Shown here: in pieces, positions 22,825 through 36,958 of the stretch
How positions within the stretch are numbered: the stretch's first letter is position 1
How the letters are laid out: each line of letters starts with the position of its first letter
NCBI GenBank assembly: GCA_963836755.1
Contig: CAWIKF010000001.1
Span: 384,001 to 448,000 of the forward strand
DNA: 64,000 nucleotides
Origin: an uncultured Verrucomicrobiae bacterium
GTDB taxonomy: Bacteria; Verrucomicrobiota; Verrucomicrobiia; Chthoniobacterales; Chthoniobacteraceae
Direction of reading: 5' to 3'
Translations under genes and position numbers: made by a program
The notes under the pieces: model-generated
What the model was told of the DNA's origin: nothing
The model's database searches: none
The model's input: the letters and a program-made list of their open reading frames with translations, nothing else

Positions 22825-25800
22825 ATGGCCAAACCCGACCTGCATTCCGTGCCGAATCCTGGCGTCGTCGAAATCCGCGGCGCGCGCCAGAATAATCTGA
22901 AGGGGATCGACCTCGATCTTCCGCTCGGGAAGCTCAACGTCATCTCCGGCCCGAGCGGCAGCGGCAAATCGTCGCTGGCGTTTGACACGATTTACGCCGA
23001 GGGCCAGCGCCGCTACGTCGAGACATTCAGCCCATACACGCGCCAATTTCTCGAGCGAATGGACAAGCCGAAAGTTGACGCGATTCACGGCATCCCGCCG
23101 GCCATCGCGATCGAGCAGGCGAACCATGTAAAAAGCACGCGCTCGACCGTCGGCACGATGACGGAGATCAACGATTACCTGAAGGCGCTGATGCCGCGCA
23201 TCGCCCGCGCCTATTGCCCGGAATGCAGCCGCGAGATTCGCGTCGAGACAGCGCGATCGATCGCGGAGCAAGTGCTGGCCGACCTTCGCGGGGAATCGGT
23301 GCTGGTGACTTTCGGCGTGCCGGTGCCGGCGAAAACCGAGCCAGCAGAATTTTTCAAATTTCTTCAGCAGCAAGGCTACCTGCGCATTTGGATCGATGGC
23401 GCGATCCATCGCACCGACGCCGCGCCGGCTGTGCGACGGTTGCCCGCGCTCGTCCGCGTGCTTCAGGATCGGATGAAAATTTCCGAGGAGAACAATTCGC
23501 GGCTCGTCGAGGCGATTGAGACCGCGCTCCGTTTCGGCAAAGGCCAGGTCAGCTTCTTGCGCGAGTCCGATGGCCGCGAATGCCCGTATTCACTCGGCTG
23601 GCACTGCGCGCATTGCGATCTCGAAATCACGCCGCCGTCGCCTGGCTTATTTAGTTTCAACAACCCGCTCGGCGCATGTCCGAAGTGCCGCGGCTTCGGC
23701 CGAAGCATTGCACTCGACCTCGAGCGCGCGCTCGATCGCACACGCAGCATCGACCGCGGCGCAGTCAAAGTTTTTCAAACTGAAAATGGCCGCGAATGCC
23801 AGCGCGACCTGCTCAAACACTGCGCTGAGCGCGAGATCGACATTTACTGCGACTTTGATCAGCTGCCGCAGGCCGATCAGGATTTCGTCATTCGCGGCGA
23901 GCGAAAAAACGGCGAAGCGACGTCGGAGGATCTGTGGGAAAATGGGCGCTGGTATGGCGTGCAAGGTTTTTTCGATTGGCTCGAAACGAAAAGCTATAAA
24001 ATGCACGTGCGCGTTTTGCTGAGCCGTTATCGCAATTACGCGCTCTGCAGCGAGTGCCACGGCGGCCGCTTCCAGCCGGCGACGCTCAATTTTAAACTCG
24101 CCGGCTGCGACGGCCGATTACTCACGCTGCCGGATCTGGCGGCAAAACCTGCTGCAAAATTGATGGCGGAAATCGCCAGTTGCCGTTCGCACTTTTCCAA
24201 CGACGCGACGACCGAAATGCTGCGGAACGAGGTTGAAACGCGGCTCCGTTATCTCGTCGAAGTCGGCCTCGGCTATCTCTCGCTCGACCGCTCCACGCGC
24301 ACGCTCAGCGGCGGCGAAGTCGAGCGCGTGAATTTGACCACGTGCCTCGGCGCATCGCTCGTGAACGCGCTGTTCGTGATGGATGAGCCGAGCGTCGGCC
24401 TGCATCCGCGCGATGTGCAGCGGCTGATCGGCGTGATGAAAAATTTGCGCGACAAAGGCAACACACTGCTCGTGGTCGAGCACGAGGAATCGATCATCCG
24501 CGCGGCCGACAATGTCATCGAAATCGGCCCCGGTCGAGGCGAGGGCGGCGGCGAGCTTGTCTTCCATGGCGACGTGCCGAAACTCGAAAACGCGCGCACG
24601 CTCACCGCCGATTATTTGAACGGGCGCAAATCAATCCCGATCCCGGAAAAACGGCGCTCTCCGAAGGCGTGGATCAAGCTGCAAGGCGCTATGGAGCACA
24701 ATCTGCGCGACGTTGACGTCGATTTTCCGCTGCGCGTTTTCACCTGCGTCACCGGCGTTTCCGGCTCGGGAAAAAGCAGTTTGATCCGCGACGTCCTTTA
24801 TCAAAATCTGCTCGCGCTAAAGGGCGAAAACACGGGCGAAGATGGCATTGGCGCGTGCAAAAAAATCAGCGGCGCGCATCGCATCGACAGCGTGATGATG
24901 GTCGATCAATCTTCGCTCGCGCGCACACCGCGCTCCAGCCCGGCTGTTTATCTCGGCGTGTTCGAACCGATTCGCGAACTCTTCGCGACCACGCCCGAGG
25001 CCGTCGCGCAGAACCTGACCGCGAGTTCATTTTCTTTTAACTCCGGCAAAGGCCGTTGCGAGCGCTGCGGCGGCAACGGCTTCGAAAAAATCGAAATGCA
25101 ATTTTTGAGCGATCTTTTCGTGCGGTGCGCGGAGTGCGATGGAAAGCGCTACCAGCCGCACATTTTAAAAATCAAACTTCGCGAAAAGTCGATCCACGAC
25201 GTGCTCGAGATGAGCGTCACGGATGCGATCCAGTTTTTTGCGGGCGACAAACTTTTAAAATCAAAAATCGGAAACTTGAAGCTGCTCGAGGAGGTTGGCC
25301 TTGGCTACCTGCGGCTCGGCCAGCCGCTCAACGTCTTGTCTGGCGGCGAATCGCAGCGGCTCAAACTCATCGGGCATTTGACCGATGAAAGCCGCGGCAA
25401 CAGCCTGCTGATTTTCGACGAGCCGACGACCGGCCTGCATTTTGACGACGTGGCGCTGCTCGTCAAAGTGTTTAACAGGTTGGTGGAGCAGGGGAACACG
25501 CTCCTCGTGATCGAGCACAATCTCGAGGTCATTAAATCAGCGGATTATCTTATCGATCTCGGTCCCGAGGCTGGCGATGAAGGCGGCATCGTGGTGGCGA
25601 AAGGCACACCGGAGGAAGTGGCCAAAGTGAAAGAATCTCACACCGGCAGATTTTTAAACAATCTGCTTCAGCGTGAAAATTCGCGCGCGAATAAAAGTGT
25701 CATCAACTTTGACGCGGATACTGAATCCATGCGGGTTGCGGAGACTCCGCCGCATCTGGGAAACGGGAATCACGCAATCCAGGTGCATGGCGCGCGTGAG

Positions 25801-28420
25801 CATAATCTCAAAAACATTTCGCTCGCGATTCCACGCGATCAAATCGTCGTCGTTACCGGCTTGAGTGGTTCCGGAAAGTCGACGCTCGCTTTTGACATTC
25901 TATTTGCGGAGGGGCAGCGGCGTTTCCTCGACAGCATGTCGCCGTATGCGCGGCAATTCGTCGAGCAGCTCGAAAAGCCTGATGTAGACTTGATCTCCGG
26001 GCTTCCACCGAGCGTGGCGATCGAGCAGCGCGTGACGCGCGGCGGCGGCAAATCGACCGTTGCGACCGTGACGGAGGTGTATCATTTTCTGCGACTTTTT
26101 TTCGCAAAGCTCGGCACGCAGTGGTGTCCGAAATGCCAGGTGCCGGTGGAAAATCGCAGCGTTTCCGCGCTCATCGAACAGGCGGAGGCACTCGCGCAAA
26201 AAGGTGCGCGTGAAAATTTTAGCGCCGGTGGTCAAGGCACGAAAAGGTTTTCACACGGATGTCGCGCAGGCCGCTCTGCAAAAGGGTTTCACGACTTTGT
26301 TCGTGGACGGGCGGTTCGTTCCGGCTGAGGGTTTTCAAAAGCTGGAGCGTTTCCGCGAACACTCGATCGACGTGCTGATCGGCGAGGCGTCGAGCCCTGC
26401 GGAAGTGCGCCAGCTCGTGACGCGAGCGCTGGAAATGGGCCGCGGATCCGCGCGCGTGCTCGATGCAAAAAATCGGTCGACGATTTTAAGCCGCGAAATG
26501 AATTGCCCGAGCTGCGGCGAGTCGTTCGAGGAACTCGATCCACGCCTTTTTTCTTTCAACTCGCTGCACGGCTGGTGCACGGGCTGCCATGGGTTCGGCG
26601 AGGTTTGGAATGCGGCGGAAAGTGAGGCGGAATCGGCGTTGGAGGCAGAGCTCGACGAGGAGCGCCAGCACGAATCGCTGGAGGATGGCGAATCGTCCCA
26701 ATGCCCATATTGCAAGGGCGCGCGGCTGAATCCGGTCGCGCGCAATGTGCAAGTGCACGGGATGACGATCGACCGGCTCACGGCGCTTTCTGTGCGAAAG
26801 GCGCAGCTCGCGCTGGACGGCATGCGCTTCAATGACAGGGCCGCGTTGATCGCACAGGACATCGTGCCGGAGATCACGCAGCGTTTGCATTTCATGACGC
26901 AAGTCGGGCTCGATTATCTCGCGTTGAATCGCTCGGCGAAAACGTTGAGCGGCGGTGAATCGCAGCGCATCCGTTTGGCGGCGCAGCTCGGCTCGAATCT
27001 GCGCGGCGTCCTTTACGTGCTTGACGAGCCGACAATCGGCCTGCATCCGCGCGACAACCTCGCGCTTCTCGAGACCCTTGAGGCTCTCAAGCGAAAGGGT
27101 AATTCGCTCGTGATCGTGGAGCACGATGAAGACACGATGCGGCGCGCTGACACGATCATTGATCTCGGCCCGCGCGCGGGCTCGCGCGGCGGCGAAGTCG
27201 TTGGTATCGGAACGTTGGACGAGATTAAAAAAATCGAGCGCTCCGCGACCGGCCGCTGTCTGCGCAAACCGCTCTCGCATCCGACGCGGAAAGCGCGCCG
27301 TTCGCTCAAGGATGTGCAGCACTGGGTCGAGCTGCAAGGCGCGTGCGCAAACAATCTTCAGGCTTTGGACGTGAAATTTCCGATCGGGAGATTGATCGCA
27401 ATTTCTGGAATTTCCGGCTCGGGAAAAAGCACGCTGATGCGCGGCGTTTTGCTGCCGGCCGTGCAACAAGCTTTAAAACGTAGCAAAGTGGAGCCGCGCG
27501 ATTACGAGGCGATTCGCGGAACGGAATTCATCGAGGCGGTTTATGAAATGGACCAGTCGCCGATTGGGAAAACTTCGCGTTCAACACCCGCGACCTACAT
27601 CGGATTTTTCGATGAAATTCGGAAGCAATTCGCGTCGCTGCCGATGTCGCGGATGCGCGGCTACACGGCCTCGCGCTTCTCTTTTAACAACCAGGGCGGC
27701 CGCTGCGAAACCTGCATGGGACAAGGCGTGATCAAGATCGAGATGAACTTTTTGCCGACGAGCTACATTCCGTGCGGCGATTGCCACGGCAAGCGCTACA
27801 ACGCGCAGACGCTCGAGGTTTTATACAATGAAAAAAGCATCGGCGACGTAATCGAGATGACCTTCGAGCAGGCGGCGGAGTTTTTTAAATCGAATCAAAA
27901 AATTCATCGTCCGCTCGCGTTGCTATGCGAGACCGGACTTGGATATTTGCAACTCGGACAGCCAAGTCCGACGCTGAGCGGCGGCGAGGCGCAGCGGCTG
28001 AAATTGGTGAGCGAGCTGACGCGCGGCGTGGCTCGGTCGGACAATTCCCGGCTGCGCAAAATGACCGAGCCGAAATCGACGTTGTATTTGCTCGAGGAGC
28101 CGACAATCGGGCTGCACATGGCGGATGTGGAGGAGCTTTTGAAAGTGCTTCACCGGCTGGTCGATGACGGCAGCACTGTCATCGTCATCGAGCATAATCT
28201 GAGCCTGATCGCTGATGCCGATTACGTCATCGACATTGGGCCGGAGGCCGGTGAAAACGGCGGCAAAGTTGTGGCGGTGGGCGCTCCGGAGCAAATCGCA
28301 AAAAGCAAAACGAGCCGCACCGCGCCGTTCCTGCGGGAAGTGCTGCCGGCTCAATCGCCAACGGCGAAAGCCGTGGCAATGCGTGGGCCAACCGTGAGCA
28401 TGGCGAGCGGCGCGAGCTGA
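22825..28420 (+). CDS. uvrA: Double-length (tandem-fused) excinuclease ABC subunit A; apparent +1 frameshift near 26205
   Basis: Four Walker A motifs ([32 protein letters not shown]), four LSGGE signatures, two AEGQRR motifs and multiple CxxC zinc fingers. Confidence 0.93.
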
Positions 28421-29712
28421 AAAAGCAGGCGCGGCAGGGCCGTCGCGAGATGCCTAAGATATTGGTCCGGCGTGGGCCATCCGCTGAATAGAAAAATGCC
28501 GGCGTCGATAAACATCGGAATTCCGACGGCGGCGAAATAAGTGACGAGAGTGCGCCGATGGGGTGAATGTTTTTCAATCAAAAATAAAATGCCGACAGCC
28601 GCGAAGCCGCACCACAACAGGCTCCACTGCTTCCAGTTGATCAGGTGTGCGCCGAGCCTCAGTCCAATTTCCGGGATGCGGTGAACGTTGTGCAGCAGTG
28701 TCGTAAACGTCACCGGCATGAAGGTGGGATCGGTCACGACATGCAATCGGTGCAGCGCAACTTTCCATCCCAGCCAGACGAGCAGACCGGGTAACGCGAT
28801 CCAGCAGCAATTTAAAAGGCGGCGACGCATCGTTAACGCGGCGATGAACAGAAGCGAAAACCACAGAATGATCCCTTCGCCTTTGATCCACGGCAAAATG
28901 CCGCTGAGCAATGCAAAACGCGAAGCGGACGCAGTGGAGTTTTTTTGCAGGAATTCGTTCAGGTAAATCGCTGCTCCCAAATAGGCCACAGCGAGCGGAA
29001 AGTCGGCGTAGCCTTGTGGTAATCCCCAGTCACCAAAGCATGAATAGGGCAGAAAGAAAAAGGAGAGGGCGAGAATCGAACCTGCACGCGCGCTACGAAT
29101 CGATCGCATCATTCCGGTGTGGAGAAACGCCAATGCCGCCGCGTAAAAAAATGGGCTCACGAGCTTGATCCAGGTTTGGTCGCAGTCGCCGAGCCAGGAA
29201 TAAATCCAAGCCTCCGTGAGCGGCAGTAATAGCGGATAGTCGAGATGACTCCACGTGCGTGAGCCGTCGGAAAAATACGACGCGGGCAGCGCGCCATGAT
29301 TTAAAAATGCGATTCGCGCTTTTGCTTCCCAGATCAAAATCCCGTCCCACACGAACGCGGAGCGCAAGCAAATAACGGCTACCACCACGATGCTCACCGC
29401 GATGAAAAAGCGCAGAATCCAATCAGCAGTCAGCGCTCGTGGCGCGGCGCGTCGCGGGCGATTGCGCAGTCGTCTGAGGCCAGTGGCGCCCAAAAAGATG
29501 CACGCAACCGTCATCGTGATTTGCAGTGAAATGCCTCGCGCAAAAATGCCGATCAAAGCGAGGGCGCTGGAAACAAACGCCGTTCCCAGAATCCAGGATA
29601 GCGCGAAAACTTCGGCCGCGTCCGCATCTTCATCAGCCGGCAAAAGCATTGTTACACCGAATCCGGCCGACAAAATCGTGAGCACTCCAACGAGCAGCAA
29701 TAACGCGTTCAT
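28351..29712 (-). CDS. Multi-pass membrane protein, GT-C fold (ArnT/PMT-like) glycosyltransferase candidate
   Basis: Many hydrophobic helices; WDG..IW..KAR, HLDYP, GYAD and K.EG motifs. Confidence 0.6.
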   Translation of the reverse strand: MNALLLLVGVLTILSAGFGVTMLLPADEDADAAEVFALSWILGTAFVSSALALIGIFARGISLQITMTVACIFLGATGLRRLRNRPRRAAPRALTADWILRFFIAVSIVVVAVICLRSAFVWDGILIWEAKARIAFLNHGALPASYFSDGSRTWSHLDYPLLLPLTEAWIYSWLGDCDQTWIKLVSPFFYAAALAFLHTGMMRSIRSARAGSILALSFFFLPYSCFGDWGLPQGYADFPLAVAYLGAAIYLNEFLQKNSTASASRFALLSGILPWIKGEGIILWFSLLFIAALTMRRRLLNCCWIALPGLLVWLGWKVALHRLHVVTDPTFMPVTFTTLLHNVHRIPEIGLRLGAHLINWKQWSLLWCGFAAVGILFLIEKHSPHRRTLVTYFAAVGIPMFIDAGIFLFSGWPTPDQYLRHLATALPRLLFQLAPLAMLTVGPRIATAFAVGD

Positions 29713-30242
29713 CGTAAATTTTGCGCCTGTGGAATCATCACTAGCCGTTCCCCCGCACTTCGTGCGTCGGGCAGATCCGGCGGTGGCTTCAGTGCGAAAA
29801 AAAACAGTGCACCGAACTGCCACTTTTTCAGCGCATCGACGGTCGCCTTCACTTCATCAGGGGCAACGTAGGTGATGAAAACCGTGTGCGGCCACGCAAG
29901 ATAGCTGATCGTTAACGCGGCGAGATTGGACTCGTTGTCGCTGCGATTCGCGATGAAGGCAATTGTCCGCGATGTAGGCACAGAGGCGATTGCGCGGCTA
30001 ATCGGTTCCGATGCACGAGGGACATCGAGCGCCTCGCGGAGCATCGAGTCGGTGGAAGAATACGGCCCGGAGTTGTCGTTGCGAGTGACGAAGGATGGAC
30101 GCAAAATCGCTGCGATGCCGAACCCGAAAAATGCCGCCGCAAACAAAATGCAGAACAGCCGCTCGGCTTTGCGGAAAGTGAGATCGCGAGTCAAAGCCGG
30201 CGCAGCTTCCTGAAAGGCGCGAGTTGCGTCAAGCCACCGCAT
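29709..30242 (-). CDS. Hypothetical membrane-anchored protein (start uncertain)
   Basis: One TM helix and a YLAWP motif; its stop overlaps the start of the GT-C-like gene (ATGA). Confidence 0.55.
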   Translation of the reverse strand: MRWLDATRAFQEAAPALTRDLTFRKAERLFCILFAAAFFGFGIAAILRPSFVTRNDNSGPYSSTDSMLREALDVPRASEPISRAIASVPTSRTIAFIANRSDNESNLAALTISYLAWPHTVFITYVAPDEVKATVDALKKWQFGALFFFALKPPPDLPDARSAGERLVMIPQAQNLR

Positions 30243-30290
30243 CGTGCGAATGCAGTTGCGTCGCACGCGCCATTTTTGCATCACCCACCG

Positions 30291-31232
30291 GTGCTCGCAT
30301 TTTATTTGCACAACCTGAGCCCATTCATCTGGGAAATCCGGCCCGGCATCGGCTTGCGCTGGTATGGCTTTGCCTACGTGCTCGCGTTCGCCGTTGGCTA
30401 TTGGCTTTACCGCTGGCTCGCGGAGCGCGGCTACTCAGAGCTGGCGCCGGAAAAAGTCGGCGACTTCATCACTTGGGCGGCGGTCTTCGGCGTGATGGTC
30501 GGCGGCCGGCTCGGCCACATGCTTTTTTACGATTGGCCGCAATGGCTGCACGATCCGCTGATGTTTTTTCGTGTGTGGGAAGGAGGAATGGCGAGCCACG
30601 GCGGGATGATTGGTTTGATCCTGTTTACGTTGTTTTACGCCCGCAAGCACAAGTTGTCATGGACGAGCATCGGCGACAATCTTTGCGTGGTCGCGCCGGT
30701 CGGACTGTTTTTCGGGCGCGTCGCGAATTTCATCAATGGCGAACTTTACGGCCATGTCACGACAGTCGCTTGGGCAGTGCAGTTTCCGAAGGAGCTTTAC
30801 GATTCGCCGGAACTGGCGGGCCGGGCGATCTCTGATGCACAAAAAATCAATCCGACGCTGGACACGGCGAGCGGCGTTGTCGATGCGGCCCGGCACGATC
30901 CGAGAGTTGCGGAAATGCTTCGCGAAATTTTACCGCCGCGACATCCGTCGCAGCTTTACGAGGCCTTCCTCGAGGGCATCGCCCTCTTCGCCGCAATGTG
31001 GTTTCTGCGGACAAAAGTGCGCGTCCCGCGCGGCGTTCTCACCGGCTCGTTTTTCGTGCTCTACGCTCTTCTGCGCATTGCCGGCGAAGTATTTCGCGTG
31101 CCGGATGCGCCGCTTACCGGACCGTTCACACGCGGCCAATTTTTGTCGCTGTTTTTAATTTTGATCGGCATCGCATTCATCTTTTGGGGCTTTCGCGCAC
31201 GGCAATATGAGCGCGCCCAGATGGAAACATGA
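30291..31232 (+). CDS. lgt: Prolipoprotein diacylglyceryl transferase
   Basis: LRWYG, GGRLG, GGMASHGG, GRVANFINGELYG and HPSQLYE motifs. Confidence 0.97.
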   Translation: MLAFYLHNLSPFIWEIRPGIGLRWYGFAYVLAFAVGYWLYRWLAERGYSELAPEKVGDFITWAAVFGVMVGGRLGHMLFYDWPQWLHDPLMFFRVWEGGMASHGGMIGLILFTLFYARKHKLSWTSIGDNLCVVAPVGLFFGRVANFINGELYGHVTTVAWAVQFPKELYDSPELAGRAISDAQKINPTLDTASGVVDAARHDPRVAEMLREILPPRHPSQLYEAFLEGIALFAAMWFLRTKVRVPRGVLTGSFFVLYALLRIAGEVFRVPDAPLTGPFTRGQFLSLFLILIGIAFIFWGFRARQYERAQMET

Positions 31233-31834
31233 CGCGCGCGGCCGAGTATCAGCAAGTCTGGGACGGGCTTTGGTTTTGGCAGGCATACGACCCTTCGGTG
31301 AAAACGGAGCTGAGCTGTTGCGCAGTGGCGTTGCGTGCCGGGCTTGTGTTCATTGATCCGATTCCGATGGTTGATGAAGCGCTTGCGGAATTGACGGAGC
31401 GCGCTTCGCCGGCAGCAGTTATTTTAACAAGCGCGAACCACACGCGCGCCGCCGATTTCTTCAGGGAAAAGTTTACAATCCCAGTTTTTGCGCACCTCGA
31501 AGCGAAGCAGGAATTGACGATCAAAGTTGACCACTTTGTCGAGGAGGGCGCGACGATTTTGGACGATCTGACGCCGATTCATCTGCCCGGCTTTGCTCCG
31601 GGAGAAATGGCGATTCATCATCCCGCGCTCGGCGCGATGTTTGTCGGCGACGCTTTGATCAACGTGGGCTCCGATGGTTTTTCACCACTGCCGGCAAAAT
31701 ACTGCGCCGATGCGAAACTCGGCCTCCGCTCGCTGCGAAAATTATTGAACTTTGATTTTGAACTCATGACATTCGCGCACGGGCTGCCGATCATTTCCGG
31801 CGCCAGGCGCCGTCTCGCAAACCTAGTCGCATGA
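31229..31834 (+). CDS. Metallo-beta-lactamase-fold protein with degenerate metal site
   Basis: FIDP, ILTSANHTR, FVGDAL and FAHG motifs. Confidence 0.7.
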   Translation: MTRAAEYQQVWDGLWFWQAYDPSVKTELSCCAVALRAGLVFIDPIPMVDEALAELTERASPAAVILTSANHTRAADFFREKFTIPVFAHLEAKQELTIKVDHFVEEGATILDDLTPIHLPGFAPGEMAIHHPALGAMFVGDALINVGSDGFSPLPAKYCADAKLGLRSLRKLLNFDFELMTFAHGLPIISGARRRLANLVA

Positions 31835-32322
31835 AACTTCGCCACCTTTTTTGCATGGTGCCCGCGCTTTTTTTCTCGGCATTCGCGCGGGGCGAAGATG
31901 CCAGCCTGCCGATGCCGCGGACCGATGCAGCCATGCGCCAAAAGATCGATGAGTTTTTCAAGGCTGTGGAAAATCATCAGATCGATGCCGCGTTTGACCA
32001 GCTCGTGAAGGACAGCAACATCGCAACCCGGCCGGACGATGTTACGACGTTGAAAGCGCAAACTCAGCGTGCCGTGCAGTTGTTTGGCGAAATCGTCGGA
32101 CACGAGATTGTGGCGGTGAATAATGTCGGCACGCACCTTTTTCGCGTGACCTATCTTTCGCTCGGCAAGGAATATCCGCTCCGCTGGCGCTTTTATTTTT
32201 ACCGGTCGGCCGAGGAATGGAAATTGATTGATATCCGGGTCGACGATCGGTTGGTGGATTTGTTTGGCGAGACGCCTACTGCCTCGGATCAGCGGCCGAC
32301 GAATTGGCCAAAGTCTCCGTGA
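31831..32322 (+). CDS. Secreted hypothetical protein
   Basis: Signal peptide and PLRWRFYFYR..WKL motif; coupled to both neighbours by 4-nt overlaps. Confidence 0.75.
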   Translation: MKLRHLFCMVPALFFSAFARGEDASLPMPRTDAAMRQKIDEFFKAVENHQIDAAFDQLVKDSNIATRPDDVTTLKAQTQRAVQLFGEIVGHEIVAVNNVGTHLFRVTYLSLGKEYPLRWRFYFYRSAEEWKLIDIRVDDRLVDLFGETPTASDQRPTNWPKSP

Positions 32323-33161
32323 TCGCGCGGGTTCTCGCGTTCATCCGATTCTCGCACACAGTCTTCGCGCTGCCTTTCGCGCTCGGCGCAATGTTTGTCG
32401 CCGCGCGCGGATGGCCGGCGCCGCGCATCTTCGCGCTGATCGTGCTCGCGATGATCTTCGCACGCACCGCCGCGATGCTTTTTAACCGGCTCGCCGACTG
32501 GCATCTTGATCAGCGAAACCCGCGCACTGCCGGCCGGCACAAACTTGTTTCACGCGGAGTCGCGGTCGCTTTGCTCATCGTCAGCGCCGCCGCATTCATC
32601 GCGACAACATTTTTGATCAACCAACTTTGCTTCGCACTTTCGCCAATGGCGCTGGCGATCGTTTTTTTCTATTCGTTGACGAAGCGTTTTACCTCTCTTT
32701 CGCATCTTTTTCTTGGTTTTGCGCTTGCTGTGTCGCCCGTCGGAGCCTGGCTGGCTGTGACGGGAAGCTTGGCGTGGGTGCCGCTGGTGTTGGCATCGGG
32801 AGTGCTTTTCTGGGTCGCAGGTTTCGACCTGATCTACGCCACACAGGATTATTCGTTCGATAAAAAGGAAGGGCTCCGCTCGCTCGTCGTGCGGCTCGGC
32901 ATCGCGCGCAGTCTCATCCTCGCGCAAATTTTTCACGCGACCATGTTCGTTTTTTTGATCGTATTCGGCGTCGTCGGAAAATTGGGTGAACTCTATTTCA
33001 TGAGCCTCGTGGCGGTGTTGGCAGCTTTGGTCTACGAGCATCGGGTCGCGCGAAAGCTTGATGTTGCGGCGATCAATCGTGCCTTCTTTTTGAGCAACGC
33101 GTTCGTTGGACTCGTCTTCGTAACGAGCATTTTTTTCGAGATGGTTTTGTTGCACTTCTGA
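32319..33161 (+). CDS. UbiA-family polyprenyltransferase (MqnP-like)
   Basis: HTVFALPFA, ARTAAM.FNRLAD..D.RNPRT, YSLTKRFT and GFDLIYATQD motifs. Confidence 0.9.
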   Translation: MIARVLAFIRFSHTVFALPFALGAMFVAARGWPAPRIFALIVLAMIFARTAAMLFNRLADWHLDQRNPRTAGRHKLVSRGVAVALLIVSAAAFIATTFLINQLCFALSPMALAIVFFYSLTKRFTSLSHLFLGFALAVSPVGAWLAVTGSLAWVPLVLASGVLFWVAGFDLIYATQDYSFDKKEGLRSLVVRLGIARSLILAQIFHATMFVFLIVFGVVGKLGELYFMSLVAVLAALVYEHRVARKLDVAAINRAFFLSNAFVGLVFVTSIFFEMVLLHF

Positions 33162-33207
33162 GTTTGGACCGTGTGGCGTTCATCTCCGTCCACACGACCG
33201 CTTTGAA

Positions 33208-33229
33208 CGCATCTACGCATCATGATGCG
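33208..33229. promoter_or_regulatory. Palindromic operator candidate upstream of metH
   Basis: CGCATC-N10-GATGCG, containing the perfect 14-bp palindrome CGCATCATGATGCG (33216-33229). Confidence 0.5.
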
Positions 33230-33281
33230 ATTATTTGTTCCTTGTCTTTGCTGACGGATTGGTGTTAAGTGGGATCCACCG

Positions 33282-34291
33282 ATGACCGAAGCTGTTTCCC
33301 TTTTACATCCGCTCGAGGCGCTTTTGCGCGAGCGCATCGTCATCCTCGACGGCGCGATGGGGACCATGGTGCAGCGCTACAAGCTGCAGGAAGCCGACTA
33401 TCGCGGCGCGCAGTTCGCGGATTGGCCGAGCGATCTGAAGGGAAACAACGATCTGCTTTGCCTCACGAAGCCGGAGGTCATCGAGGAGATTCACACGCAG
33501 TATCTCGAGGCCGGCGCGGACATCATCGAGACGAATACTTTCAACTCCCAAACAATCTCAATGGCCGACTACGGCATGGAATCGCTGGTGCGCGATCTGA
33601 ACTTGGCGGCCGTCAAAGTGGCGCGCAAAGCGGCCGCGAAGCTTCCGAATAAATTTGTAGCCGGCGCGATCGGACCGATGAGCAAAACGCTTACAATCTC
33701 GCGCGACGTGAACGATCCGGCAAAGCGAGAGGTGAGTTTTGATCAGGTAAAGAATGCATATTACGAGCAAGTTGAGGCCTTGATGGAAGGCGGTGTAGAT
33801 GTGCTGCTGGTCGAGACGATTTTCGACACGTTGAACGCGAAGGCGGCGCTGTTTGCGATCGAGGAATTTTTTGACAAAAACAGCGTGCGCATTCCCGTAA
33901 TGATTTCGGGCACGATTACCGATTTATCGGGACGAACTTTGACCGGCCAAACCGTCGAAGCGTTTTTGATTTCGCTCATGCACGCGCAGCCATTGAGCAT
34001 CGGGCTGAACTGCGCGCTCGGGCCAAAGGAAATGCGGCCTTACATCGAGGAGCTTGCGCACCTCGCGGCGTGTTACGTGAGTTGCTATCCAAACGCCGGC
34101 TTGCCCGATCCGTTGTCGGAAACCGGTTTTCCCGAGACGCCGGAAACGCTTGCTCCGCAGCTTCGCGATTGGGCGCAAAACGGTTGGTTAAACATCGTTG
34201 GCGGCTGCTGCGGAACGACTCCCGCTCACATCAAGGCGATCGCTGATGCCGTGCGCGATTGTCAACCGCGAGAACTTGTGGAGGTGCTGGC

Positions 34292-34295
<4 letters not shown>
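33282..34295 (+). CDS. metH: B12-dependent methionine synthase, homocysteine-binding module (split gene, part 1)
   Basis: [28 protein letters not shown] and GGCCGTTP motifs. Confidence 0.93.

Positions 34296-36939
<2,644 letters not shown>

Positions 36940-36958
<19 letters not shown>

Noticed and set aside
33162..33281. SAM or cobalamin riboswitch upstream of metH
   Set aside because: I recognised no conserved core of these riboswitches; only a short hairpin and a DNA palindrome are present.
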